Position numbers and translations under genes: made by a program. A DNA stretch of 64,000 nt, from assembly GCA_976551045.1 (NCBI GenBank), contig CDPCPM010000029.1, positions 11,284,001 through 11,348,000 of the forward strand, read 5' to 3'. The stretch comes from Glaucostegus cemiculus. Its lineage: Eukaryota. The notes beneath the pieces were generated by a model. The model had not been told where the DNA came from and did no database searches. It was given only the letters and a program-made list of their open reading frames with translations. Positions 1 to 11,019 of this stretch are shown here, piece after piece (the stretch's first letter is position 1; every line of letters begins with the position of its first letter).

Positions 1-130
1 TGAGAAAGCAATGGAGGAAGTTTGCAAAACTCCGAAGTGTGGAGGGAACTGTATCCTAGTGCATGACTCACAAAAAGCTAGTAAGCAGGTAAAACAGATA
101 ATTAGGAAAGCTAAAAGGATGCTATTGTTG
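1..130 (+). mobile_element. CR1-type LINE fragment (RT region), cut by window edge
   Basis: Resembles the CR1 ORF2 segment seen in other copies in the window (e.g. around 23520-23600). Confidence 0.5.
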
Positions 131-136
131 AGATAC

Positions 137-362
137 GAGGGACTGCAGATGTTGTAATGTGAGCAGAAAACAAACTGCTGGAGGAACCTCAGCGGGTCAG
201 ACAGCATCTGTGGAGGTAGAGGATGGTCAGTGCTTCAGGTCAGGATCCTTCATCATGTGCCCCCCTCTCCCCCACCCTCCCCCCAACACAGATGCTGTTT
301 GATCCACTGAATTCTTCCAGCAGATTGTTTGCTGCTCCACATTCCAGCATCTGCAGTCTCTT
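137..362. mobile_element. Palindromic Penelope-derived element (MITE-like)
   Basis: Inverted arms gactgcagatg (141-151) / catctgcagtc (348-358), plus caaactgctggaggaa / ttcttccagcagattg. Same family as 7404, 10140, 18537 and 36955. Confidence 0.75.
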
Positions 363-1404
363 AGAAAGAAAAGATAATATCCTTTCAAAAAGCAAACGTT
401 TTACAATTTCACTGAGAAATTTAGTGTTTGCAAATATTTAAATTGTTTTCTTTCTGGGCCAGATATCGACAGCATTGCATTAATAATTATCACACCATTA
501 AGTGAATACTTGGGGTCTCTATTGCCAGGCCTAACTTCGTGCAGTGAGTACATCAATGGTACCAAAAAATGATAATTCATTGCATTATGTTACTTTTTTC
601 AACTGCTGCTTCATCATTTTCCTTCTGTATAAGTTTACTTCTTAAAGCAAGCTGATTGATGATTGTTAGCCTGAGTCGTGTGATTTGTTACGATGATTGT
701 TCAGAAATTGTACCTTACCTTTTTTGGTGCATTAAATGTGTGCTGAGTATAGTGATAACACCCACTCAGATTTCTCTGAAGAAGTTTATGAACTAGAACT
801 AACATCTGTTAAGGACAGGGAGAGATCTGATTGGCTCATGTCAGAAGATACATGCTGGGCTCACAGTTGCCATGTCATCATTGTGCTATCCATTGGGAAG
901 AGCATCAGCGTTAATGAATGCTCCCCACGGCAGCCACTGACCAGCAGTAGAGAAAACTGCCATGAAAGGGATGGAGAATATGGGGGAAGGGAGACACAGT
1001 ACTCTGCAGTGTCTCAGTGCCTAACACACGATGGTCTGGCTCTTTGTACAACTCAGTAGTGGTCTATATAAAGAGGCTGTGATTAGTGAAGGGAGTCTAT
1101 GCTGACAATCAGAAAGCTGGTAGTTGCTGTCTTCAGGGTAATGATGTGACGGTACTGACCCCTTAACTGCTACCTCATTACCAATCCCTGCAGGATGTGC
1201 TCCTTGCGTATTAGTGAGTGAAGAGAAAAGATTGTGGTTTGCCTCCAGAAGCTCTATGCTGGCAGTGGAGGAAATGTGTGCTGGGAAATTTATGATTAGG
1301 TAAGCAACTGATGCCAGGCAATAGTCAGCCATACACTGATGAACTGGGTATGGAGGTACTTGGGCTAACTTCCTGATGGGCACAATATCACCCGGAAGAG
1401 ATAT

Positions 1405-2290
1405 CCAGAATCAAAATCAGGTTTAATATCACTGACATATGACATGAAATTTGTTGTTTTGCAGCGACAGTAGGGCAAAGGCATAAAATTTATTATAAAT
1501 TACAAAATAAATAAATAGTGCGAGATAAAAAGGAATAACAAGGCAATGTTCATGAGGTGATGGACCATTCAGAAATCTCATGGTGAAGGGGAAGAAGCTG
1601 TTCCTAAATCATTGAGTATGGGTCTTCAGGCTCCTGTAACTACTCCCCAATGAGAAGAGGGCATGTCCCGAATGGTGAGGGTCCTTAGTAATGGATGCTA
1701 GGACTTTATTCACTGGAGAGAAGGAAGATGAGGAGACGCATGATAGAGGTGTACAAAGTATTAAGAGGAATAGATAGAGTAGACAGCCAGCACCCCTTTC
1801 CCAGGGTACCACTGCTCAATACAAGAGGGCACAGCTTTAACATAACGAGTGGGAAGTTCAAGGGAGATATCAGAGGGAGGTTTTACACCCAGAGAGTGGT
1901 TGGTGCATGGAATGCGCTGCCTGGGGTAGTGGTGGAGGCAAATACAGTGGTGAAGTTCAAAAGATTGTTAGATATGGATGAATTTAAAATAGGGGGATAT
2001 GTGGGAGGAAATGGTTAGATAGTCTTAGGTGTGGTTTAAAGGTCAGGACAACATGGTGGGCTGAAGGGCCTGTATTGTGCTGTATTGTTCTACAGTTCTA
2101 TGGTTCGATGGTTCTTGAGGCACTGCCTCTTGAAGATGTCCTCAGTGATGGAAAGAGGTGTGTCCATGACAGAGCTGGCTGAGTCGACAACCTGCTGCAG
2201 CCTCTTGCGATCCTGTACATTGGAGCCTCCAATTCAGACTATGCTGCAACCAGTCGGAATGCTCTCCACCATACATCTGTAGAAATTTGC
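1405..2290 (-). mobile_element. Rex1/Babar-like LINE 3' fragment, split by a CR1 insertion
   Basis: Minus-strand peptides ASITKDPHHSGHALFSL..SYRSLKTHT (ORF 1609-1812) and the region around 2142-2324 match the Rex1-type C-terminus also seen at 37070. The 3' tail lies at 1405-1470. Confidence 0.75.
1697..2112 (+). mobile_element. CR1 LINE 3' end
   Basis: Peptide LGLYSLERRKMR..MIEVYKVLRGIDRVD..NTRGHSF..FYTQRVVGAWNALP, followed by the tail gggctgaagggcctgtattgtgctgtattgttcta. Confidence 0.92.
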
Positions 2291-3232
2291 AAGATTTTCC
2301 TTGGTTAAAACAACTGTTAAACATAATTTACACTCAAGAATTGTGCAAATGGATCTAATGTGTGGGCGGATGCGTTCAGTGCCTGTTCAGAGACAACAGG
2401 AGGATGTGATTGCCATGTCACACTATTTACATCACAAACCTCAGTGGTGTGAGTTCATTGTTTATTGAGTGGTGCATTATCCCTAAAATGTTGCGGATGA
2501 GATTAAATCTGTCTCCAGAGAAAGCACTGGCTTGCCTATGAAACATTTAATATTGAATTGTGCTCGTGAAACAAAGTGTGGCTGATGTGGGATTTACTGA
2601 GATTACCTTTATTAACTATTCATAAGGAGCGTCTGGCAGGCATTTGCACAGCTTGACTAAAGACTGTTGGAAAGTAGCCCAATGTATTGTAATAGGCCAT
2701 TCACAGCTTGCTATAAAATGATGCAGGATAATAGATTGAGAGGAGGATAATACGTGGAGGTAAAAATTCTAAATAGCAAGGAAATAATATAAGTGGAGGT
2801 GATAGTTCCATATTTTTCAGTAAATTTGAGAAAAATCTAATGCTGTGCAGAAAATTCACATTAAATAATTTGGGAAGAATTGACACTAGTTTGCATTTTC
2901 CACTGCATTTCTGCTGGAGGTATTATTGGTGTACCACTCTATTAATAGTACTTCACTCTCTGTTATCTCTCTGTACAGTAAAGAGATGTTCTGTTGATCT
3001 GCACTTGTTTGACTGATATTTATACACCTTCAGAGCTCAACACCAGAGTCCTTCACCTGCATCCCTTCCTCTGGCCCCCATGCTAACATTAGCATTTCTG
3101 TAAAACACAAAATGAACCCAAGTAATTGATTTTGGTAAAACTGTGCAAAACATCGAAAAAAAATGTTTTATTTTTAAGGTTGGTGTACGCATGCTCGTGT
3201 TTATTTGAAAGTATTCTTCCTCATTGTTATAA

Positions 3233-3672
3233 AGGTCAGTCTTGGCTCAAGGGAACCACATTGTCCTCTGAGTTGGGACACTGTGGGTTCAAATCCCACT
3301 TGAGTGATTTGAGTGAATAATCTTGACACTTGAATGCAGTATTGACAGGGTATGGCACCGTTAAAGCTGCTGACTTTTAGATGAGGTAGTAACCCAAGGT
3401 CCATTTGCCCTTTGAAATGGATGTAAAAGATTTCACAATGATTTTTGAGGAAGAGAAGGGGAGTTCTCACAATGTTCTGGCCAATATTTATCCCTCGGGC
3501 AATTTGGTTGTCAATTTGTGTGTCACATTGCTGTTTGCAACATCTCACTGCGTGCAAATTGCCCGTCATATTTTCCCACATTATTACAGTGACTTACTCC
3601 AGTGATGTGTTGTTGATTGTGATGTACGTTGGGGCATTCTAAGGTCACAATAGATGCTATGCTTATTAAAGT
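3233..3672 (+). mobile_element. Deu-domain SINE (SacSINE1/AmnSINE-like)
   Basis: tRNA-like head (tggctcaag..gggttcaaatccc), then a Deu-like core gatgagg..ggatgtaaaagat..gaagagaaggggagttctc..ctggccaatatttatccctc. Confidence 0.75.
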
Positions 3673-4299
3673 CATTGTGCACACTAGGGGGCAGAGTTTC
3701 AACAGGATGACACACTTTCCCACAGGCTGGATGAAATTTTAAACCCTGGAAATTGAAAAAGAATTCAGCGCAAGAGGGTGAAAGTAGAAACTTCTAAACA
3801 TTACATTATCCATTTAGCTGATAAATAGGTGATTATTTTCCAAGATTATGCAATTTTGGTTTCACATGATAATATCTACAAGGTAGAAAAAATTAGTAAT
3901 TTGATTATCTAATATTTCTGGTAATTGCTGAACCCAATTATGAGAGGAAAGTTTCATTTTATTGGCTCCTTTCTGCCACTTATATTTTGTGATAGATATA
4001 GGTCAGTTTTCTGCAGATTAAATATTTAAATACAGAGGTCTGCTGTAGCATACCCCTGACGTCAACCTTATCTAAGCCTGAGACCTTATGTTTTTTTCAT
4101 ATCTGACCTGGAAAGCATTGGCAAAAAAGTGAACTTGCTGCACTGCACATATATTGCTATTGATCAAGAACAGAGACCAGATGTAGTAATACTAAGCAAA
4201 TCAATCTTCCCTGGATAAAGTAATAGGTTGGGCTGGTGAGCTGAAAACAAATGTTTTATCAAAATGTACAACTGATCTGTCTGAACCCAACACATACAG

Positions 4300-5620
4300 T
4301 CAGGTCCTGTCATGCTTGGGATAGGTAGACAGGCACTACTTGAACAACCCTGTAAACTAATCAGAACAATAGCAAAAATGTATTTTCATGTGGTAGGCAT
4401 GAGTATGATTCATGCACTATATCATATGTTTTTTGGTCAGTATTTTACAAATAGCATTGAATGAATGGTTCAATACTTTTCCAGAAGTAATGTATGAGTT
4501 TTTTTCTGAAAAACCATCAGTGAAAATAGATGTAAAGAGCCCCTCAACTGCTCAGTAGGAAGCACTTGACTATTAAACCTCCAGACTATTACTTTTCTAC
4601 CTGGAGGAAAATTCAAATTAAAGCAATTAACAAACAGGACCAAAATTGTATCTGAATCCAAGTTTACAAACAGGCCAGTCTCATTTACAGCTGTCTTCAC
4701 ACCTGGGACAATCCAAAATCTGAGTGTAGCCAGAGTTGTTCTGACTGCTTCCATCATAACTGTGGATAACCGTGTTGAAATGGACTTGCAGTGTGTTAAG
4801 GTGGCCAACAATCTTTGCACCAATTGATATCCAGGAATGTATGCTGTCAGGCAGTAACATAGCGGTTAGCATAATGCTATTACAGCGCCAGCAACACGGG
4901 TTCAATTCCCGCCAGTGACCGTAAGGAGTTTGTACATTCTCCCTGTGTCTTCATGGGTTTCCTCCGGGTGCTCAGGTTTCCTCCTACATTCCAAAGATGT
5001 ACGGGTTAGGAAGTTGTGGGCATGCTATGTTGGCGCCAGAAGTGTGGCAACACTTGTGGGCTACCCCCAGAACACTCTACGCAAAAGATGTATTTCACTG
5101 TGTGTTTCAATGTACACGTGACTAATAAAGATATCTATTTTATCATCTTGGAATTGTTGCAGTAACTTCATGGTAAACAAATATGTTGTCCTCTGTCAGA
5201 AGTCAACAATTATGAATCACTCTATCATTGCCCTTTCTGTACTCTGTTGGCCAGACTGAGCTGTTCCCACTATATTGAAAAGATGAAGACTGAATCCAGG
5301 AGTTCTGGGCAAGGCATTAGCAATAAACCAGGACTACCCCTCATCTGTCCTGAAGTCACTTGGGCCAATAAACTGATTACACAGAGATAAGTACAACTGT
5401 GGACCAGTAGTCTCATAAGTGATTAATGATGGTGACCAAAGATGAATTTTGGTCCATTTTTTGTTGAAATCCTCAATATAAGGAATAATTGTTGTTAGAT
5501 ATTTGGTGAAGCCTTTGTGAAGTGTTCCAGAAGCCTTCCAATGCATTCCAGAGGTCCCTTTCACAGCCTCACCAGGAGGTGAACATGAAATGATAGGTAA
5601 CTCTATGATTACCACTTGAA
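4300..5620 (-). pseudogene. Highly decayed Gypsy/Ty3-like integrase remnant (tentative)
   Basis: Across frameshifts on the minus strand, in the expected order: GHH, DYW, LCNQ, PGLLLMPCPE, FIIVDF, LPDSI, YPQ..QSE, YRVVQV. Interrupted by a SINE at 4850-5145. Confidence 0.35.
4850..5145 (+). mobile_element. V-SINE, tRNA-derived, with Rex1-like 3' tail
   Basis: Box A/B-like tagcggttagc..gggttcaattccc; V-domain gggtttcctccgggtgctcaggtttcctcc; tail tttcactgtgtgtttcaatgtacacgtgactaataaagatatc. Confidence 0.85.
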
Positions 5621-5802
5621 ATCAAAATTGCAAACTTGTTCACTGCCCAAACAGCTGGTCAGTATTGCTGCATGTTTGACTATTTAATTTCAAGCTAAAT
5701 TATGTAAGATAGCAAAGTAAGAAAAGGAAAGAAAATTGGATTTCAACAGAGAGATAAAAGGGCAGAAAAAATGAAAAATTAAGGTCTGAAGGAATGCAAC
5801 TC

Positions 5803-5807
<5 letters not shown>

Positions 5808-5871
<64 letters not shown>
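5808..5871. repeat. (AT)n microsatellite, about 32 units
   Basis: Directly visible perfect dinucleotide run. Confidence 0.98.
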
Positions 5872-5873
<2 letters not shown>

Positions 5874-7403
5874 CAATGTTCAGCACCATTAACTGTATAA
5901 TGGCACTAAACATTAACTCATTAACTTCTTACATACAGAGCTGCACTCCTTCAGGTATTAATTTTTGTTAATAAAAAGAAATGGTTAAAAGTTCACATCC
6001 ACATGAACGGTAAGCCAAAAGCTTTTCTGACATTAGTGGGTAACCAGTGGGTGTCTAGTGGGTAACCTGCTGATGGGCAATTTCACACTATTCCATGCAT
6101 TTCAGTAGTTATAGTTAATAATATAGTTGCAGAGCATTTCCTGACAGAGCAGAATAAGTCACAGTGCAGCTTCCTATTTTTTCCCCATTAAACTGTGCAT
6201 TTATGACTGCTGGACATTTCTGTCTGATTTACGCCATAATAACCCTAAGTGCTGTTAGTCTCACCCTTACTTTTGTGACAAAATCCAGCCCATCTAATTA
6301 TATAGACCCAGTCTACTACCATTAAACAGTTTTAAATGTGGGAAAGCAATGTATCTGCCTCATAGAAATGGGGAGTGCAAAAGATAAAAACGAATGAGTC
6401 CTATATCCTCGTAGGGAGGTTTACTTGTGCTGTTGGGGATGTTTTAAACTAATTTGGCAGGGTAATGGGACGTGGTGTGGATGTACAGCCAGGGGCAAGG
6501 TACAGTCAAATACAGAAGAAAAACAGGGGAAGAGGGATAAGATAATTTGCATCTATCTTAATGCAAAGACTTTGAGTGGTGAGGCAGATGAACTTCAAGC
6601 GCTGATTAACACATGGGATTACAATATTGTACCTGTCTTGAAGACATGCTTGAAGGAAGGGCAGGACTGGCATCTTAATGTTCCAAGGTATAGAATCTTC
6701 AGGCATAAATTTTGGGGAGAGGGATGATGATAGTCTAGAGTATATTCTCACTAAGAAGGAACAGGTCTTGGACATCTTGGTGGAGAAAAAGGTGGATAAA
6801 TCCCCAGGGCCTGATGAGATGTATTCCAGGCTGCTATGGGAAGCAAAGGCAGAGATGACTGGAGCCTCCACAGAAAATTTTAAATTTTCATTTGCCTCGA
6901 GTGAGGTCCCAGAAAACTGGAGGACAGCAAATGTGGTTCTTTTATTCAAGAAGGATAGCAGGGATGAACCATGTAATTACAGGCTAGTGAATTTTATTTT
7001 AATCATAGGGAAGTAATTGGAAAATGTTCTGAGGGACAAGATCAATACACATGTAGAAAATAATGGATTAAGCAGAGGTAGTCAGCATTGCTTTGGTGGG
7101 AGATCCTGTCTGACTAATTAGAGTTTTTCAAAGATTTAACTAGTATATAATTGAGGGCAGTACAGTTGATATAATCTATATAGACTTTAGTAAGACTTTG
7201 ACAAGGTTCCATGTGAAAGGCTGGTGATAAAGATTAGAGCCCATTGGATCCAAGGCAAATAAGCAAGTTGGATCCAAAATTGACTTGCTAATAGTACCAA
7301 TCCCTGTTGTACGCTACTGATCATGGGCTTCCAATCACAAATGCAATCCTCCACCATCATCCTCTGTCTTCTATTAGCAAGAGACAGTCAATATTCCCAT
7401 GCC

Positions 7404-7590
7404 AAAGACTGCAGATGCTGGAATCTGGAGCAATGAACAAAATGCTGGAGGAACTCAGCAGGTCATGCAGCATCTATGGAGGGATATGAGCAGTCAATCC
7501 TTCAGATGAAGGAGCTCGACCTGAAACATCGATTGTCCATTTCCATCCATAGATGCTGCCTGGCCCACTGAGTTCCTCCAGTGCTTTGTG
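7404..7590. mobile_element. Palindromic Penelope-derived element nested in CR1
   Basis: Arms ctggaggaactcagcagg..gcagcatctatgga / tccatagatgctgcc..ctgagttcctccag, with a hammerhead-like centre at 7503-7537. Confidence 0.8.
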
Positions 7591-8697
7591 AAATTTTGGA
7601 TCCAACTTGCCAATTTGCCTTGAATCCCATGGGCTCTAACCTTTATCACCAGCCTTTCATGTGGAACTTGTCAAATGCCTTACTAAAGTCTATATTGATT
7701 ACATCAACTACCCAGCCCTAAATTATATACTTAGTTAAATCTTTGAAAAACACAAATTAGTCAGACAGGATCTCGGACCAACAGAGCAATGCTGACTGTC
7801 TCTTGCTAATTAGGAGATAGTGGGTGATCATGAAGGGTTGCATTTGTGATTGGAAGCCTATAACCAGTATTGTACCACAGGGATTGGTACTGGGATCCTT
7901 ACTGTTTGTTATGCATATTAATTACTCATGTTAATGTAGGAAGTATGGCTAATTAAGTTTGCAGATGAGACAAAAACTGATGGTGTTGTGGATAATGGGG
8001 AGAATAATCTCAGACTATAGAGTGGTATTGATCAACTGGTAAATCAGGCAGAGCAATGGCAGATGTAATTTAATCTCAATAAATACAAAGTTATGTACTT
8101 TGGATGGTCAAATAAGGGTAGGATATACACAATGAATCATAAGGCCCGAGGGAGCACTGAGGTTCAGAGGGGCTTCAGTGTACAAGACCCCTCAAGGTGG
8201 CAGCACAAGTGGTAAGGGAGGAAAGCCCTGGAGCATAGAATGTAAGAACAGGAAAGTTATGGTAAGATTTTCAAAACATTGGTGAGGCTATGTCTGAAAT
8301 ATTATGTGCAGTTTTGGTTGCCATGCTATAGAAAGGGTGCGATTGATCTGGAGAGGGTGCCAAGGAAATTCGTCAGGATGTTACCAGGTATGGAACATCT
8401 CAGTTATGAGAAGACTCTGGATAAGCTGGATTTGCTTTCTTTGGAGTGGAGAAGGTTGAGGGGGAACCTGACAGAGGTTCAAAATATTACGAGAGGCATA
8501 GATCAGGTCGACAATGGTAAAAATTTCCCCATAGTAGAGGTGTCTAAAACCAGAGGGTATAACTTTAAAGTAAGTGGTTTAGCGGGGATATAAGGAAGGA
8601 TTTTTTCAGTCAGGGTGGTTGGATTTGGAATGCACTACCTGATAAGATGAGGGAAACAGACTCTCATAACATTTAAAAATTATCTAGACAAGCATTT

Positions 8698-9312
8698 GGT
8701 TTATTAGTTTATTACTGTCACAAGCACCAAGATATAGTGAAAAACTTTTGTTTTGCATGCTATCTAGACAGATTATGCCATACATAATTACATGGAGGTA
8801 GTAAAAGGAAAACGGAATGCAAAATATGGTATTGCAGTGCAGGAGACAAATTGCAAGAGCCACAATGAGGTAGAATGGGAGATCAAGAGTTCATCTTTTA
8901 GTGTATGAAAGGTCTGTTCAAGAGTCTAATAACAGTGGGATAGAAGCTGTTCTAGAGCCTGAAGGTACATGCTGTCAGATCTTTGTATCTTCTGCCCAAT
9001 AGGAGAGGAGTGAAGAGAGAATGACCGAGGTAGCAGGGGGCCATGATTATGTTGGCTGCTTTCCTGAGTCAATGGGAAGTGTAGACGGAGTCACTGGAGA
9101 GGAAGTTGGTTTGCATGATAGACTGGGCTGAGTTCACAACTCTGCAATTTCTTGCAATCTTGGGCAGGGCAGTTACCATACCAAAGCTCTGGATAGGATA
9201 CTTTCTATGGTGCAGCTATAAAAATTGTTAATAGTCATCAGGGACATGCTGAATTTCCTTAGCCTGCTAAGGAAGTAAAGACATTGGTGTGCTTTCTTGG
9301 CCATAGCATCCA
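8698..9312 (-). mobile_element. Rex1/Babar-like LINE 3' part nested in the CR1 3' end
   Basis: Reverse complement reads AKKAHQCLYFLSRLRKFSM..NNFYSCT, matching the Rex1-type C-terminal domain at 37070. Confidence 0.75.
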
Positions 9313-9505
9313 CAGTATAGAAGGCTATGGACCAAGTGATGGTAAATGAAATTAGTATAGATAAGTACTAGGACAGGGGGGGCTGGAGGGCCTGTTTTTG
9401 TACTGCACATGACTATAAATAAATTTATAATTTTCCTGGTTGAGTTTTAATGGCATCTGCATCAAATATTTATCAAAGCATAGAAAACAATTGTTAAATT
9501 GTTAA

Positions 9506-9763
9506 GGGCGGCACGATAGTGTAGCGGTTAGCGCGACGCTTACAGCGCTAGCGATCGGGGTTCGATTCCCGTCACTGACTGTAAGGAGTTTGTACGTTCT
9601 CCCGTGTCTGCATGGGTTTCTTCCGGGTGCTCCGGTTTCCTCCCACAATCTAAAGACGTGCAGGTAGGTTAATTTGGGGGTTTAAAATGGGTGGCGTGGA
9701 CTCGTTGGGCCAAAAGGGCCTATTACCACGCTGTAAATAAAATTAAAAATTAAAATTAAAAAA
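9506..9763 (+). mobile_element. V-SINE (HE1-like) with CR1-type tail
   Basis: Head gggcggcacgatagtgtagcggttagc..ggttcgattccc, V-domain, then gggccaaaagggcc and an (aaaatt)n tail. Close relative at 42357. Confidence 0.9.
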
Positions 9764-10139
9764 TACCCTCTGCATAGATGATGGTTCTTTAAAAGTCCCT
9801 TTACTCATTTTAACAATTGACAAATAGAGGTAGCTTTTCATCCATATATTAATGATTATGATTAAATAGATAGTTAATGAAGTGTATTTTGTTTTGTTTT
9901 GGCTTGGCAGCTTTCCTGATTTGCATGTCTACCCACTGTACTGACAAACTTAAATATTCATTTCCTCAAACCTCAAAGTAGCTATCAAGAAGTTGTAGAT
10001 GTAGATTGTACCACATCTACAAATTTAGATCAGTAAATTCAGTTGACTGTAAGAGGTATCTAAACCTGTGCTATTGCATACAATCAAGTGCTTAATGAAC
10101 TGTTTGAAGCAAACTGAGATTCATTTCAAGTTCATTTTC

Positions 10140-10335
10140 AAAAAAAGCTGCAGATGCTGGAAATCTAAATTAAAAAGAAAATGCTGGAAATATTCAGCAG
10201 TTCAGGCAGCATACGTTGGAAAAGAAACAGAATCAAATTTTCAGGTCAACCTGAAATGTTAATGCCGTATCTCTTCCCACAGATGCGGCCTAACCTGCTG
10301 AATATTTTCAGCATATTTTGTTTTTATTTTCATTT
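10140..10335. mobile_element. Palindromic Penelope-derived element
   Basis: Arms atgctggaaatattcagcag / ctgctgaatattttcagcat around the centre tttcaggtcaacctgaaa. Confidence 0.75.
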
Positions 10336-11019
10336 CATATTCATTGAGATCATGCTTCTCTAACACCGTGGTCTGGAAGTCAATTATATTCAATCATTCT
10401 CATTGTAGTTTACATTGCATGTCCAAGGCACCTGAAGCTATTTACTTCTTTGATGTCCCTTTGGTACAACTGACATGGCTAATTATGGGTTCTAACAGCA
10501 GTGCCATTTAAAATTAGACCAATGCGTTAGGGTATTAAAATGTGACAAATTAACAATGAGAAGTTCCAGATGGAGCTTTACATCATCTTACCACAAGTGG
10601 AACATAACTGAAAACAGATATATCCATTCAGACAATAGGATGGTTAATTTAGGTAGTTCCTAAAACTGGGCATAGGAATCATTATTCAGGGTCACCAGAG
10701 CCTTTAGCTTGTAGTGCAAGCAGCATGTCAACTTTGTGTTAAATGATTCCTGCAGGCAAGTTGTTAAATGGTTGCGTTCCTCTGCAGAAGACCAACATCA
10801 TGAGTGGCATCATGACAGAGTCATAGAGTCATTTAGCATGGTTCCACATATAGTCCAACTCCACCTCTTAAAGGTTGGGTGTGCTGTATTGGCCTTGGGT
10901 GTTGGGAATTCAGTAAATTTTCTGAGTTAGAAAACAATATTGCAATCAAGATGCATGATCTGAGGTTAGGGTCTCATCTTCCCTTGCAGTAGAAGATCAA
11001 ACAACTTTCATGACAGAAA

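Larger units (their letters stand above)
6400..9415 (+). mobile_element. Long decayed CR1 LINE: endonuclease start, internal deletion, RT, 3' tail; carries nested insertions and an internal inversion
   Basis: ICIYLNAKTL..WDYNIV..EGQDWHLNVPRYRIFR; VDKSPGPDEMY..VPENWRTANVVLLFKK..NYRLV; KFADET; VRLCLKYYVQFW..LEWRRLRGNL. The tail resumes at about 9313-9415. Confidence 0.9.

Noticed and set aside
1060-1080. TATA-like ctatataaagagg as a promoter or LTR
   Set aside because: A single short motif with no TG..CA boundaries, TSD or downstream gene that I could identify.
9506-9580. tRNA gene (also at 4850 and 42357)
   Set aside because: The box A/B sequence is the head of a V-SINE; it runs on into the V-domain and a LINE-like tail, and I saw no complete cloverleaf.
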